Source: an uncultured virus (IMG/VR IMGVR_UViG_3300042467_002820) (Duplodnaviria > Heunggongvirae > Uroviricota > Caudoviricetes). Taken from it: DNA of 64,000 bases. Of this stretch, positions 35,795 through 44,438 are shown piece by piece; the stretch's first letter is position 1; every line of letters begins with the position of its first letter. The DNA lies in IMG/VR virus record IMGVR_UViG_3300042467_002820. One strand, 5' to 3'. The translations under genes were made by a program, and so were the position numbers. The notes under the pieces were generated by a model that was given only the letters and a program-made list of their open reading frames with translations, was not told where the DNA came from and ran no database searches.

Positions 35795-36520
35795 ATGCCC
35801 GCCACCGCCCGCCGCTCCAAATCCGAGGCCTACGAGAAGGGCATCCGCGAAGGCCGCGCCATGGCCGCCCGCTCCCGCAACATCGAGCCCGAGGAGGGCG
35901 AAGAGGAAGAAGAGGAGATGGACATGGCCATGCAGCCTGGCTATTCACGCAAGCGCAGCGCTAAGGGCGCCAAGGCGACCAAGGCGCCCATGGATGGCGC
36001 CTACGGCAAGAAGCCCATGGACGCCGAGTGCGGTTGCAGCAGCAAAAAGGGTGGCAAATGTGATGGCAACTGCGGCTCGATGCGCAAGCGCGGCGACTCG
36101 CTCAGCCCCCTGGAGTACCTCGATGCCTGCGAGCTCGGCATTCAGGACCGCAGCACCACCTACATCCGCGCCCGCCTCGACGCCGCTGAGCGTCTGGACC
36201 TGAAGTGTGGCAAAGGCTCCATCTCCGAGGGCGAAAAGTGCACCAAAGGTGCGGCGCAGAAGGTAAACCCTGTTCAAAAAGTGGTGCGAGCCTATAAGCG
36301 CAATCGTGCGAACAGCCGAGCAGCACAGGCTGAGATTAAAGCTATGAATCCTAAGTGGAAGAAACAGTACGAAAAAGCGAAAGCTAAAGGAGCTTCACGT
36401 CAGGAGCTGACTAATCTTTCCATTAAACAAGCAGGGGAAATAGACAAAATCCTACGAAAAAACACCTCTAATGTATGGGCGGATGGCTTCTCCTCCAGCT
36501 CCAGCACCTACGACGTCTGA
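35795..36520 (+). CDS. Head-region modular protein with RLDLKCG tag
   Basis: Start MPATARR; RLDLKCGKGSISEGEKCTKG; ends VWADGF. Confidence 0.7.
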   Translation: MPATARRSKSEAYEKGIREGRAMAARSRNIEPEEGEEEEEEMDMAMQPGYSRKRSAKGAKATKAPMDGAYGKKPMDAECGCSSKKGGKCDGNCGSMRKRGDSLSPLEYLDACELGIQDRSTTYIRARLDAAERLDLKCGKGSISEGEKCTKGAAQKVNPVQKVVRAYKRNRANSRAAQAEIKAMNPKWKKQYEKAKAKGASRQELTNLSIKQAGEIDKILRKNTSNVWADGFSSSSSTYDV

Positions 36521-36523
36521 GCC

Positions 36524-37267
36524 ATGACCCTCACTCCCGGCACCCTCCGTCTCGACCTCAAATGTGGCCGCGGATCCATCTCCGAGGGCGAAAAGTGCAC
36601 CAAAGGTGCCGCGCAGAAGGTACAGCCACAGCAGTACAAGCGCGGCAACGTCACCCCTAACACCAAAGCCGCCCAGCGTCTCCGCACCGCTGCAAACGTC
36701 GCAGCGGCCGCCGGTGCCCTCGCGCCTCTCGCTGGTCTGGCCGCAGGCGGCGGTTCAGGCCTGGTCGCCGGTTTTGGCGCGGCCAGCACTGCGTTCAAAG
36801 CAGCCGGCGCCCTCAACACCTTTGCCAAAGCACAAGAAACCAGCAGTGCAGCAGGCAAAGCTCGCCTGAAGAAGGAAGCCACCTTCCGCGCAATCAGCGC
36901 AGGCGGCAGCGCCATCGGCACCGCCGTAGGCGCCGCCTCCATGGCCCGGACAGCACGTCGCTCCAACCAGCGCGCCTCCTTGGAGCGCCTCTATCGCGGC
37001 CCCTCCGCCCGGCGCCCACCCGGTCTCGACTCCGAGGCAGCTGACGCAGAGTCCCGCATGGACCCCCGCGGCACCAAAGTCGCTGCCATGGAAGCTGAGC
37101 TTGCCAAGCAAGCCGCAGCCCGCGGCCTTAAGGGCGCCCGCGCCGAGGCCTACATCTACGGCACCCTCAACAAGATGGGCTACAAGCAGGGCAGCAAGAC
37201 CACCCGCAAGGGCGCTGCCAAAGCCAAGCGCAGCGACTCCATCTGGGCCGCCGGCTTCGACGCATGA
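36524..37267 (+). CDS. Head-region modular protein with RLDLKCG tag and hydrophobic segment
   Basis: MTLTPGTLRLDLKCGRGSISEGEKCTKG; ends RSDSIWAAGFDA. Confidence 0.7.
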   Translation: MTLTPGTLRLDLKCGRGSISEGEKCTKGAAQKVQPQQYKRGNVTPNTKAAQRLRTAANVAAAAGALAPLAGLAAGGGSGLVAGFGAASTAFKAAGALNTFAKAQETSSAAGKARLKKEATFRAISAGGSAIGTAVGAASMARTARRSNQRASLERLYRGPSARRPPGLDSEAADAESRMDPRGTKVAAMEAELAKQAAARGLKGARAEAYIYGTLNKMGYKQGSKTTRKGAAKAKRSDSIWAAGFDA

Positions 37268-38001
37268 ACCTCACCCCCGCGACGCTGCGCCTCCGCTCTG
37301 ACGCTCGCGGGGTGGTTTTCGTCGACGCCAAACTGCACGCCGCCGTCAAAGCCGAGGCCAGACGCAAGTTCAAGATCTATCCGAGCGCCTACGCCAACGC
37401 TTGGATGGTCCGCGAGTACAAAAAGCGCGGCGGCACCTTCCGCAACGACGCCCTCGACAAGTGGTTCAAGGAGAAATGGGTGCGCATGAGCGGCACCGGC
37501 CGCATCCTCGGCCCTTGCGGCGACCGCACCGAGGGCGAAGGCAAGCCCAAATGCCTCCCGGCCGCCAAAGCCATGGCGCTCTCCCCCGCTGAGCGCCGCC
37601 GCCTCGTCGCCCGCAAGCGCCGCGAAGACCCACGCAAGGAGCGCACCGGCGCCCCCGTCATGGTGAGCTCCAAAACCGACGTCTGGGCAGCCGGCTTTGA
37701 TGCCGAGGACGGCAAGAAGTACACCAAAAAGGTCCGCGACCCCGAGACCGGCCGCACCCGCACCGTCCGCTACGGCGCAAAGGGCTACAAAATCGCCCCG
37801 GGCACCGACAAGGGCGACCGCTACTGCGCTCGCAGCTTCGGTGACATGAAATCCGAGGGCTACAACTGCGCCGGCGCCGAGCGCAACACCCCGCTCTGCC
37901 TCTCCCGTGCTAAATGGCGCTGCTCCGGTAAGACCAGCCGCCGCGACGAGGGCCTTACGCCGGCAACCCTTCGGCACCCCTCTATAGCCCTCGTAGCCTG
38001 A
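37264..38001 (+). CDS. Basic head-region modular protein
   Basis: MNLTPATLRLRSD; YPSAYANAW; KWFKEKW; KTDVWAAGFDA. Confidence 0.7.
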   Translation: MNLTPATLRLRSDARGVVFVDAKLHAAVKAEARRKFKIYPSAYANAWMVREYKKRGGTFRNDALDKWFKEKWVRMSGTGRILGPCGDRTEGEGKPKCLPAAKAMALSPAERRRLVARKRREDPRKERTGAPVMVSSKTDVWAAGFDAEDGKKYTKKVRDPETGRTRTVRYGAKGYKIAPGTDKGDRYCARSFGDMKSEGYNCAGAERNTPLCLSRAKWRCSGKTSRRDEGLTPATLRHPSIALVA

Positions 38002-38022
38002 TAGCAACAGCGCTATCTACCC

Positions 38023-39288
38023 GTGGGCCAACGCATTGTCAACAACGATCGCTACGAACTCGAGTACGTTCGCGGCGACGTTGAATACCCAGTACCCGTA
38101 CTCGCCAATACCGGCACAAGCGGTGATGCCTTCGGCCGCCTCCGTACCAGCTCTCCTTTCACAGTCTTCGATAGCCAGCATCGCTATCAAGAAAACGACA
38201 AGTGGGACACTGCACTAAACGGTGGCGCCTCTAAGACATACGTCGCTAACGAAAGCTCCATCAATCTCACCGTTCCCACCACATCCGGCGCCTACGTCTA
38301 TCGCGAAACCAAGCGCGTCTTCCCCTACCAGCCCGGCAAATCGCTGCTGGTGATGACGTCCTTCGCCTTCGCCACCGCCCAGGCCAATCTGCGCCAACGC
38401 ATCGGCTACTTCAGCGCCCAGAACGGCAGCTACCTCGAGAGCGACGGCACCACCACCTACTTCGTCCGCCGCAGCTACGTCACCGGCAGCGTGGTCAACA
38501 CCCGTATCGCTCAAGCCGACTGGAACGGTGACAAGCTCGACGGCACAGGCCTGTCCGGCCGCACCCTAGACCTCGCCAAAACCCAGATCTTCTGGATCGA
38601 CATCGAGTGGCTTGGCGTCGGCGACGTCCGCTGCGGCTTCGTCGTCGATGGCCGCATGGTGATCGCCCACACATTCCACGGCGACAACGTCAACACGACC
38701 AGCTACATGACCACCGCCGTTCTCCCCCTCCGCCAGGAGATCGAGAACACAGGCACCACCGCCGCTTCCGCAACCGCCAAGCAGATCTGCGCCACCGTCG
38801 CCTCCGAGGGCGGATACGAAGGCTTCAGCCGCCGCTACAACCTCTCCACCGGATCCACCGCAGTCACGCTCGCGACCGCTGGCACCAGCTACCCAATCAT
38901 GGCGATTCGCCTCAACAGCACGCGCCTGGACAGCGTGATCGTCCCCTCCAATGTCAGCGCCGCTGTTGAACAGACCACCAACAACAAGCTCGACATCGTC
39001 CAGTACCAGGTACTCCTGAACCCAACCATCACAGGCGGTACTTGGTCCACGCACTTCAACAACAACGTCCAGTACAACACCACAATCAGCAGCTTCACCG
39101 GTGGCACCGAGATCGCCGGCGGCTACCTCACGAGCTCGTCGTCCCTCGACCTAGGCAGCATCACGGACTTCAACTTCCAACTCGGCCGCACCATCTCCGG
39201 CACCAGCGACGTCCTCCTCATTGCAGCTGTTCCCACCAACGACGCCGCCAAGCTGTTCCTCGATCTGGCCTGGTTCGAGATCGTCTGA
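38023..39288 (+). CDS. Virion structural protein (beta-rich)
   Basis: DAFGRLRTS.P.T.FDS, YQPGKS, IEWLGVG.VR.GF; Thr/Ser-rich. Confidence 0.65.
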   Translation: MGQRIVNNDRYELEYVRGDVEYPVPVLANTGTSGDAFGRLRTSSPFTVFDSQHRYQENDKWDTALNGGASKTYVANESSINLTVPTTSGAYVYRETKRVFPYQPGKSLLVMTSFAFATAQANLRQRIGYFSAQNGSYLESDGTTTYFVRRSYVTGSVVNTRIAQADWNGDKLDGTGLSGRTLDLAKTQIFWIDIEWLGVGDVRCGFVVDGRMVIAHTFHGDNVNTTSYMTTAVLPLRQEIENTGTTAASATAKQICATVASEGGYEGFSRRYNLSTGSTAVTLATAGTSYPIMAIRLNSTRLDSVIVPSNVSAAVEQTTNNKLDIVQYQVLLNPTITGGTWSTHFNNNVQYNTTISSFTGGTEIAGGYLTSSSSLDLGSITDFNFQLGRTISGTSDVLLIAAVPTNDAAKLFLDLAWFEIV

Positions 39289-39504
39289 TCAAATATCTTT
39301 TACAAGCTCTTGCAGCCTTACGTCATAGACCTCGCTCAGAGCTATCAGCTTCATCACTGAAACCTCTATTTCACCTTTCTCTAACCGCGAATATGCAGCT
39401 TGACTAATCCCCAATCTCTCTGCAACTTCAAACTGCGTAAGCTTGTGGTACTCCCGTAGCGCTCTGATACGCCTACACAAAGTCAGCTGCCTATGAATCG
39501 CCAA
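39289..39504 (-). CDS. XRE-family HTH regulator
   Basis: RIRALRE...LTQFEVAERLGISQAAYSRLEKGE; probable TTG start at 39504. Confidence 0.8.
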   Translation of the reverse strand: MAIHRQLTLCRRIRALREYHKLTQFEVAERLGISQAAYSRLEKGEIEVSVMKLIALSEVYDVRLQELVKDI

Positions 39505-39566
39505 GTGCTGTAACCGCTCTGTGCATAAACCTAACCAAACGCACAAGAACCGGTAAGCTCTTAAGC

Positions 39567-40844
39567 ATGGAAACATCAGTATCCAGGTACGACTTCGCTC
39601 CCATAACTGGCAGCGAGACCACCCCCGAGGGCTACCTCCGGGTCTGGTGCCGTGCTGCCCGCTCGGGCACACAGCTCTACCGCCGTGCTGATGGCTCCCA
39701 AGTCCGCGAATACCGCCCTCCGGAGGAGGTCAGTAACCCGGACTCCCTCTCCACGTTCGGCATGAAGCCCGCAACGTGGGGTCACCCACCTGTTCTTCTC
39801 GACTCCGCCAACACCAAACAGTTCCAGGTCGGCTACTCCGGTAGCCAGGTCCGGTACAACGACGGTTTTGTCGAAGTCGCGCTCGTCGTCACCGACGCCG
39901 ACGCCATCGAGAAGATCAAGCGCAAGGATGCCACCGAGGTATCCGCCGGCTACAAGGTCGACTTCGACCCAACCCCCGGGATCACCCCCGAGGGCGAAGA
40001 GTACGCCGGCGTCCAGCGCAACATCCGGGTGAACCACATCGCCATTGTCCCCCGCGGCCGGGCTGGCCCGGAGGTACGACTCTTGCTCGACCGAATGGAT
40101 GCAGCCGATGCTGTAGCCGCCTTCCCCGAGCACGAAATGGCGCCCCAGTCCAGTTCAACTGCATCTCCCGTTATGGCAACCGTCAAACTCGACGGCCTGG
40201 AGATCGATCTGCCCGCAGAAGCAGCCAGCGCGGTCCAGTCCTACTCCCGGGACATGGGGCGCCAACTGCAAGCACTCACCACCGAGCGCGACGAGCTTGC
40301 CACCAAGCTCGATTCTCTGCAGGCCGACTTCGACGCTCTGGCCTACGACAAAGAGGCCGCTGAAGGTCGCGCCGACGCTCTCGAGGAGCAGCTCGCTGCT
40401 TCCGGTGAAGCCCGCATCGATACCGCCGAGCTCGACCAGCTCGTCGCCGAGCGCCTCGCCACCCTGCAGCGACTCGCCCCCGCGTTCACCGAGGACTTCA
40501 AGTTCGACGGCATCGACGACGCCTCCCTGTACGTCCAGGCCTTCGAGAACCTCACCGGCTCCGCCCCGCGCGAAGACGCCGAACCCGCCTACATCCAAGG
40601 CGTGGTTGAAGGCATCCTCGCCGCCCGCGCTGACGCCGAAGGCGACGAAGACGCCGACTCCGAGGACGACTCCGCCGAAGGCGACGAGGAGACCAAAGAG
40701 GACGCCGATTCCGACCGCGCCGACAGCACCACCGCCCTGCGTGACGCGCTGAAAGGTGCCGGCCAATCCACCGCCAACCCCATCGCTGCCTACCGCAGCC
40801 GCACGGTTGACGCCTGGAAACGTCCCCTCACCGCCACCAAGTAA
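39567..40844 (+). CDS. DUF2213 head maturation protease/scaffold
   Basis: TPEGYL, EYRPPEEV, EVSAGY, QRNIRVNHIAIV..GRAG; acidic coiled-coil C-terminus. Confidence 0.85.
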   Translation: METSVSRYDFAPITGSETTPEGYLRVWCRAARSGTQLYRRADGSQVREYRPPEEVSNPDSLSTFGMKPATWGHPPVLLDSANTKQFQVGYSGSQVRYNDGFVEVALVVTDADAIEKIKRKDATEVSAGYKVDFDPTPGITPEGEEYAGVQRNIRVNHIAIVPRGRAGPEVRLLLDRMDAADAVAAFPEHEMAPQSSSTASPVMATVKLDGLEIDLPAEAASAVQSYSRDMGRQLQALTTERDELATKLDSLQADFDALAYDKEAAEGRADALEEQLAASGEARIDTAELDQLVAERLATLQRLAPAFTEDFKFDGIDDASLYVQAFENLTGSAPREDAEPAYIQGVVEGILAARADAEGDEDADSEDDSAEGDEETKEDADSDRADSTTALRDALKGAGQSTANPIAAYRSRTVDAWKRPLTATK

Positions 40845-40856
40845 GGAGTACTTCCA

Positions 40857-41477
40857 ATGGCCGTTTCTTTCACCCCCACCGTTGTCAGCAACCCGACCGG
40901 TGCTCAAGGCAGCTATCCCCTGGAGCTGACCGTGGGCCACGAGGGCATGATTGCTGACCTGCAGGCCTATGTGTCCCGCAGCTACTACAACCAGTCCGGC
41001 GTCGCCATCCCCTTTGGCTCCCTGGTTGCCACCGACAACGACCCCGTCGGTAACGATCCCTTCGCCGTCCTGCTGGCCACCAGCGGCACCGGTGTTGTGG
41101 GTCTGTCCGTCGACGGTCTGACCTTCGAGGGCGTCGGCGGCAGCTCCGCCTACACCCCCAACCCCACCAACGTCATCGGCGACGGCTCCCTCCGCGTGGG
41201 CTACCCCGACGGCAAGACCATGAACGTCGTCTCCAAAGGCGTCGTTTGGGTCTACAGCACCGCCGCCATCGCCCTCGGTGACGCAGTGCGCTTCTTCGGC
41301 GTTGACCACTCGTCCACCGTCACTGGTGCCTACGTGGGTCGCTTCACTAAGACCGCCGTGGCCAACAAGACCTTCGCCATGACTGGCGGAGCTCGCTGGC
41401 TGTCTGAAACCAGTGGCGCCGGTCTGGTCCTCCTCGAGATCGACATCCCGGGGATCACCTTCACCGCCGACACCTGA
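40857..41477 (+). CDS. Capsid decoration/cement protein
   Basis: Between DUF2213 and capsid; IPFG..V, G.VWV. Confidence 0.7.
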   Translation: MAVSFTPTVVSNPTGAQGSYPLELTVGHEGMIADLQAYVSRSYYNQSGVAIPFGSLVATDNDPVGNDPFAVLLATSGTGVVGLSVDGLTFEGVGGSSAYTPNPTNVIGDGSLRVGYPDGKTMNVVSKGVVWVYSTAAIALGDAVRFFGVDHSSTVTGAYVGRFTKTAVANKTFAMTGGARWLSETSGAGLVLLEIDIPGITFTADT

Positions 41478-41493
41478 TCCCGGAGCCCCTCCC

Positions 41494-42411
41494 ATGACCA
41501 CCGAAATCCGTAACGACTCGGTCGGCCTCTTTCTTGCCCGCGAGCTGGAATCCATCCTGGCCCGCGCGTTTGAAGTCGAGTACGCCGACATCAAGTACAG
41601 CACTGTCATCCCCGTCTCCTCCGAGGTCGGCAACGGCGCTGATTCCTTCACCTATCGCGTCTTCGACAAGCAAGGCTCGATGAAGGTGATCGGCGACAAA
41701 GCCCAGGACCTGCCCCGCGCTGACGTGCTCCGCAAGGAAGTCACCCACCCGGTTCGCAGCCTCGGCGCTTCCTTCGCTTACACCGTCCAGGAAACCCGTG
41801 CCGCCGCCATGGTGCCCGGCATGAACCTGGAGCAGCGCCGCGCCAACGCCGTGCGCCGCGCCTACGAGGAGAAAGTGCAGGAGATCGCCTACTTCGGCGA
41901 TGCCCCCTCCGGCATGAAGGGCTTCTTCAACAACAACCAGGTGGACAAGCTGGTGCCGGACCATTGGTTCGACACCGCGGACATCACCACCGACGAGATG
42001 CTGCAACTGCTCAACGAGCCCGCCACGCGGATCGTGCAGAACAGCAACATGAAGGAGATGCCCAACACGATGCTGGTGCCCTACAACGTGTACCGCATCA
42101 TCTCCACCACTCCGCGCAGCACCACCTCCGACACCACGGTGATGGAGTTCTTCCTGCGCACCAACCCCATGATCACCGCCATCGAGCCCATCAACGAGCT
42201 CGAGGCCTCCAAGTCCGGCGGCGTCCTCTCGAAGGACCGCGTGATCTGCTACGACCGCAGCCCCGACAAGCTGCAGCTGCACATCCCGCAGCCCCTCGAG
42301 TTCTTCCCGCCCGTGCGCACCGAGCTCGAGTTCTCCGTCGCCGCTCATGCTCGCATCGGCGGCCTCGCGCTCTACTACCCCAAGAGCGCCATCGTGCTCG
42401 AGAAGGCCTGA
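41494..42411 (+). CDS. Major capsid protein (DUF2184 family)
   Basis: FLARELE.I, DLPRADV, IAYFGD...G.FN, GG...YYP. Confidence 0.9.
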   Translation: MTTEIRNDSVGLFLARELESILARAFEVEYADIKYSTVIPVSSEVGNGADSFTYRVFDKQGSMKVIGDKAQDLPRADVLRKEVTHPVRSLGASFAYTVQETRAAAMVPGMNLEQRRANAVRRAYEEKVQEIAYFGDAPSGMKGFFNNNQVDKLVPDHWFDTADITTDEMLQLLNEPATRIVQNSNMKEMPNTMLVPYNVYRIISTTPRSTTSDTTVMEFFLRTNPMITAIEPINELEASKSGGVLSKDRVICYDRSPDKLQLHIPQPLEFFPPVRTELEFSVAAHARIGGLALYYPKSAIVLEKA

Positions 42412-42463
42412 TCTAGGCCTGCAGCCTTGCGCTTGCTTTGTTGGCTCTTTCACCTTTCTGACC

Positions 42464-42877
42464 ATGATCCTCGTCTATCGCCCCGAACTCGAAAGTCCCC
42501 CGATGGACCCCGAGTGCACGATTGGCTTCTCGTTTGTCCAACACAACGGACAGCCCGAAAGCATCCAGGTGAAGTCCGGCGTCAACCGCGACTTCCCCGA
42601 GAACGTGTGGGAGCAGATCAAGGGCTACGACGTCGTCAAGAACATGCTCAAACTCGGCGCCCTGCGCGTCGAAGAAGAGCAATCTTTCGTGGCCGACCCC
42701 GCAGCAGTCGCTGACGTGGACTCCATCGCGGACATGCCTGTGACCCAGGCCCTCCGCCTCGTGGAAGACAGCTTCGACGTCGCTCAACTCAAGCGTTGGG
42801 AGTCCGGTGAGCAACGCATCCGCGTTCGCAACACCATCAGCAAGCGCATCGCTGCCATCACAGAGGGCAACGGCTGA
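42464..42877 (+). CDS. Hypothetical head-associated protein
   Basis: Follows capsid gene. Confidence 0.6.
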   Translation: MILVYRPELESPPMDPECTIGFSFVQHNGQPESIQVKSGVNRDFPENVWEQIKGYDVVKNMLKLGALRVEEEQSFVADPAAVADVDSIADMPVTQALRLVEDSFDVAQLKRWESGEQRIRVRNTISKRIAAITEGNG

Positions 42878-43185
42878 TGGCAGTCCCCACCTCCAACGAG
42901 TTTCTTATCCGCTTTCCCGAGTTCGGTGAGCTTGCCCTCGCCGTAGTCCAAAGCGCACTCACGGAGGCTGGCCGCTCCACCCCCGCGGCCAACTGGGGCA
43001 CTGTTCATACCGAGGCCGTCAGCAATCTGGCGGCCCACATCCTCTCCACTCGCGTCATGCAGGTCGGCTTACAGGTCGGAAGCCAATCCGGCCAGCCCCT
43101 CGGCACCGGTTTGACCGCCAGCTTGTACGGCCAGGAGTACGAGCGCCTCAAAGGCAACCTCGCCCTCTCTGGATTCGCGCTGTAG
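42877..43185 (+). CDS. Head-tail adaptor (DUF4054-like)
   Basis: F..RFPEF, L.AH.L, YGQEY..L. Confidence 0.7.
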   Translation: MAVPTSNEFLIRFPEFGELALAVVQSALTEAGRSTPAANWGTVHTEAVSNLAAHILSTRVMQVGLQVGSQSGQPLGTGLTASLYGQEYERLKGNLALSGFAL

Positions 43186-43187
43186 CC

Positions 43188-43592
43188 ATGGCCATCTCCG
43201 CTGCCACGATCGCCAACTACGCCCCCTGGGGCAATGCCCAGTTGGCGTTCGAGGTTGGTGGAACCACGCTCAGCACTGACGCGGACACCGGCAACACCGT
43301 GCAGACGCTCGAGACCGTCGAATACCTGGCTGCCCTCAAACTCGAGGCTCCCTCGTGGAACGGTCAGCCCGGCGTCGACAACTCCAGCTACCGCTGCAGC
43401 GGACGCCTTTTGAGCCCCGACCGCCTGGACACCCGGATCACAAACGGCAGCCAGGCGGAAGCCATCATCAATGGCTACCGCGGACGATTCGAGCTCGTCT
43501 TCGACCTCGACATGGACAGCGCTGCCTATCAAGACATCCGCCAGTCCATCCAAGGCACGTTCCGTGTCATCGGAGGCTCCATCAGTGGCTAG
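43188..43592 (+). CDS. Putative head closure protein
   Basis: Synteny. Confidence 0.55.
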   Translation: MAISAATIANYAPWGNAQLAFEVGGTTLSTDADTGNTVQTLETVEYLAALKLEAPSWNGQPGVDNSSYRCSGRLLSPDRLDTRITNGSQAEAIINGYRGRFELVFDLDMDSAAYQDIRQSIQGTFRVIGGSISG

Positions 43593-43956
43593 GCGCCCCC
43601 TTGATGCCCAGCTCCGCGCTGCCACCGCGCAAGCGACACGGCAGCTCGCTACTTGGCTCGACACCCGCTTCACGACGGAGATTTCCTCCGTCAAGTGGGA
43701 GTATCCCACACCCCCCAAGGTGCGGGACATCGTAGATACAGGCCGCCTCCGCGCCAGCCAGACTCGCGTCGTCAATCCTGACGGCTCGATCACCTTCACC
43801 TGGCCGGTCGAGTACGCCGCTCAGGTCCACGAGGGCGGAGTAGCCATCACTGGCCTCCGCTTCCCCGGTCGCCCCTGGACAAAAGCCCCTCTTGAGGAGG
43901 CCCCCGCCCAGTTCGACCTCTTTCTGCGCAACGCCCTCCGCGCTGAGCAGTCATGA
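43585..43956 (+). CDS. Neck/tail completion protein (HK97 gp10-like)
   Basis: VDTGRLRAS, YA..VHEG, GRPW; GTG start. Confidence 0.7.
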   Translation: MARRPLDAQLRAATAQATRQLATWLDTRFTTEISSVKWEYPTPPKVRDIVDTGRLRASQTRVVNPDGSITFTWPVEYAAQVHEGGVAITGLRFPGRPWTKAPLEEAPAQFDLFLRNALRAEQS

Positions 43957-44426
43957 CGATCTCGACCAGCTGTCCCCCGGTGCGCTCACTGCGCACCACC
44001 ATCGAGCGCTACATCCTCGACCTCTACGAGGCCGACGGCACAACGCTCCGCTCCCAAGCCAGCTGGCCCGGCTACTACACGTTGCCAAACAACACCCGCA
44101 TCCCCGCGGTCTACGTCGTGGGTGAAGCAATGGTTCCCTCGGACTGGGTGGTCACCGGCATCGAGTGCACCATCACCGACGTCCCCGAGATCGTCTCTCC
44201 TGGCTCCGTCGGAGCCATCGTGTCCTTCGAGCGCTGGCCAGTTCGTTTCACGAACTACGGCACCCGCAAGGGCACCCGCATGCCCGTCACGCTGCTGGAC
44301 ATCAGCCGCCGCCTGGCACGCACCTTTCCCCGGGACAGTGCCACGCACACACCCCGGACCGAGGCCACCTACGAGGCCTTGACGGTGTCCATCCTGGGCC
44401 CCGTTCTGAACCCCCCGATCCCCTAA
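43953..44426 (+). CDS. Putative tail terminator
   Basis: Synteny before tail tube. Confidence 0.55.
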   Translation: MTISTSCPPVRSLRTTIERYILDLYEADGTTLRSQASWPGYYTLPNNTRIPAVYVVGEAMVPSDWVVTGIECTITDVPEIVSPGSVGAIVSFERWPVRFTNYGTRKGTRMPVTLLDISRRLARTFPRDSATHTPRTEATYEALTVSILGPVLNPPIP

Positions 44427-44438
44427 GGAGTCCCAACC

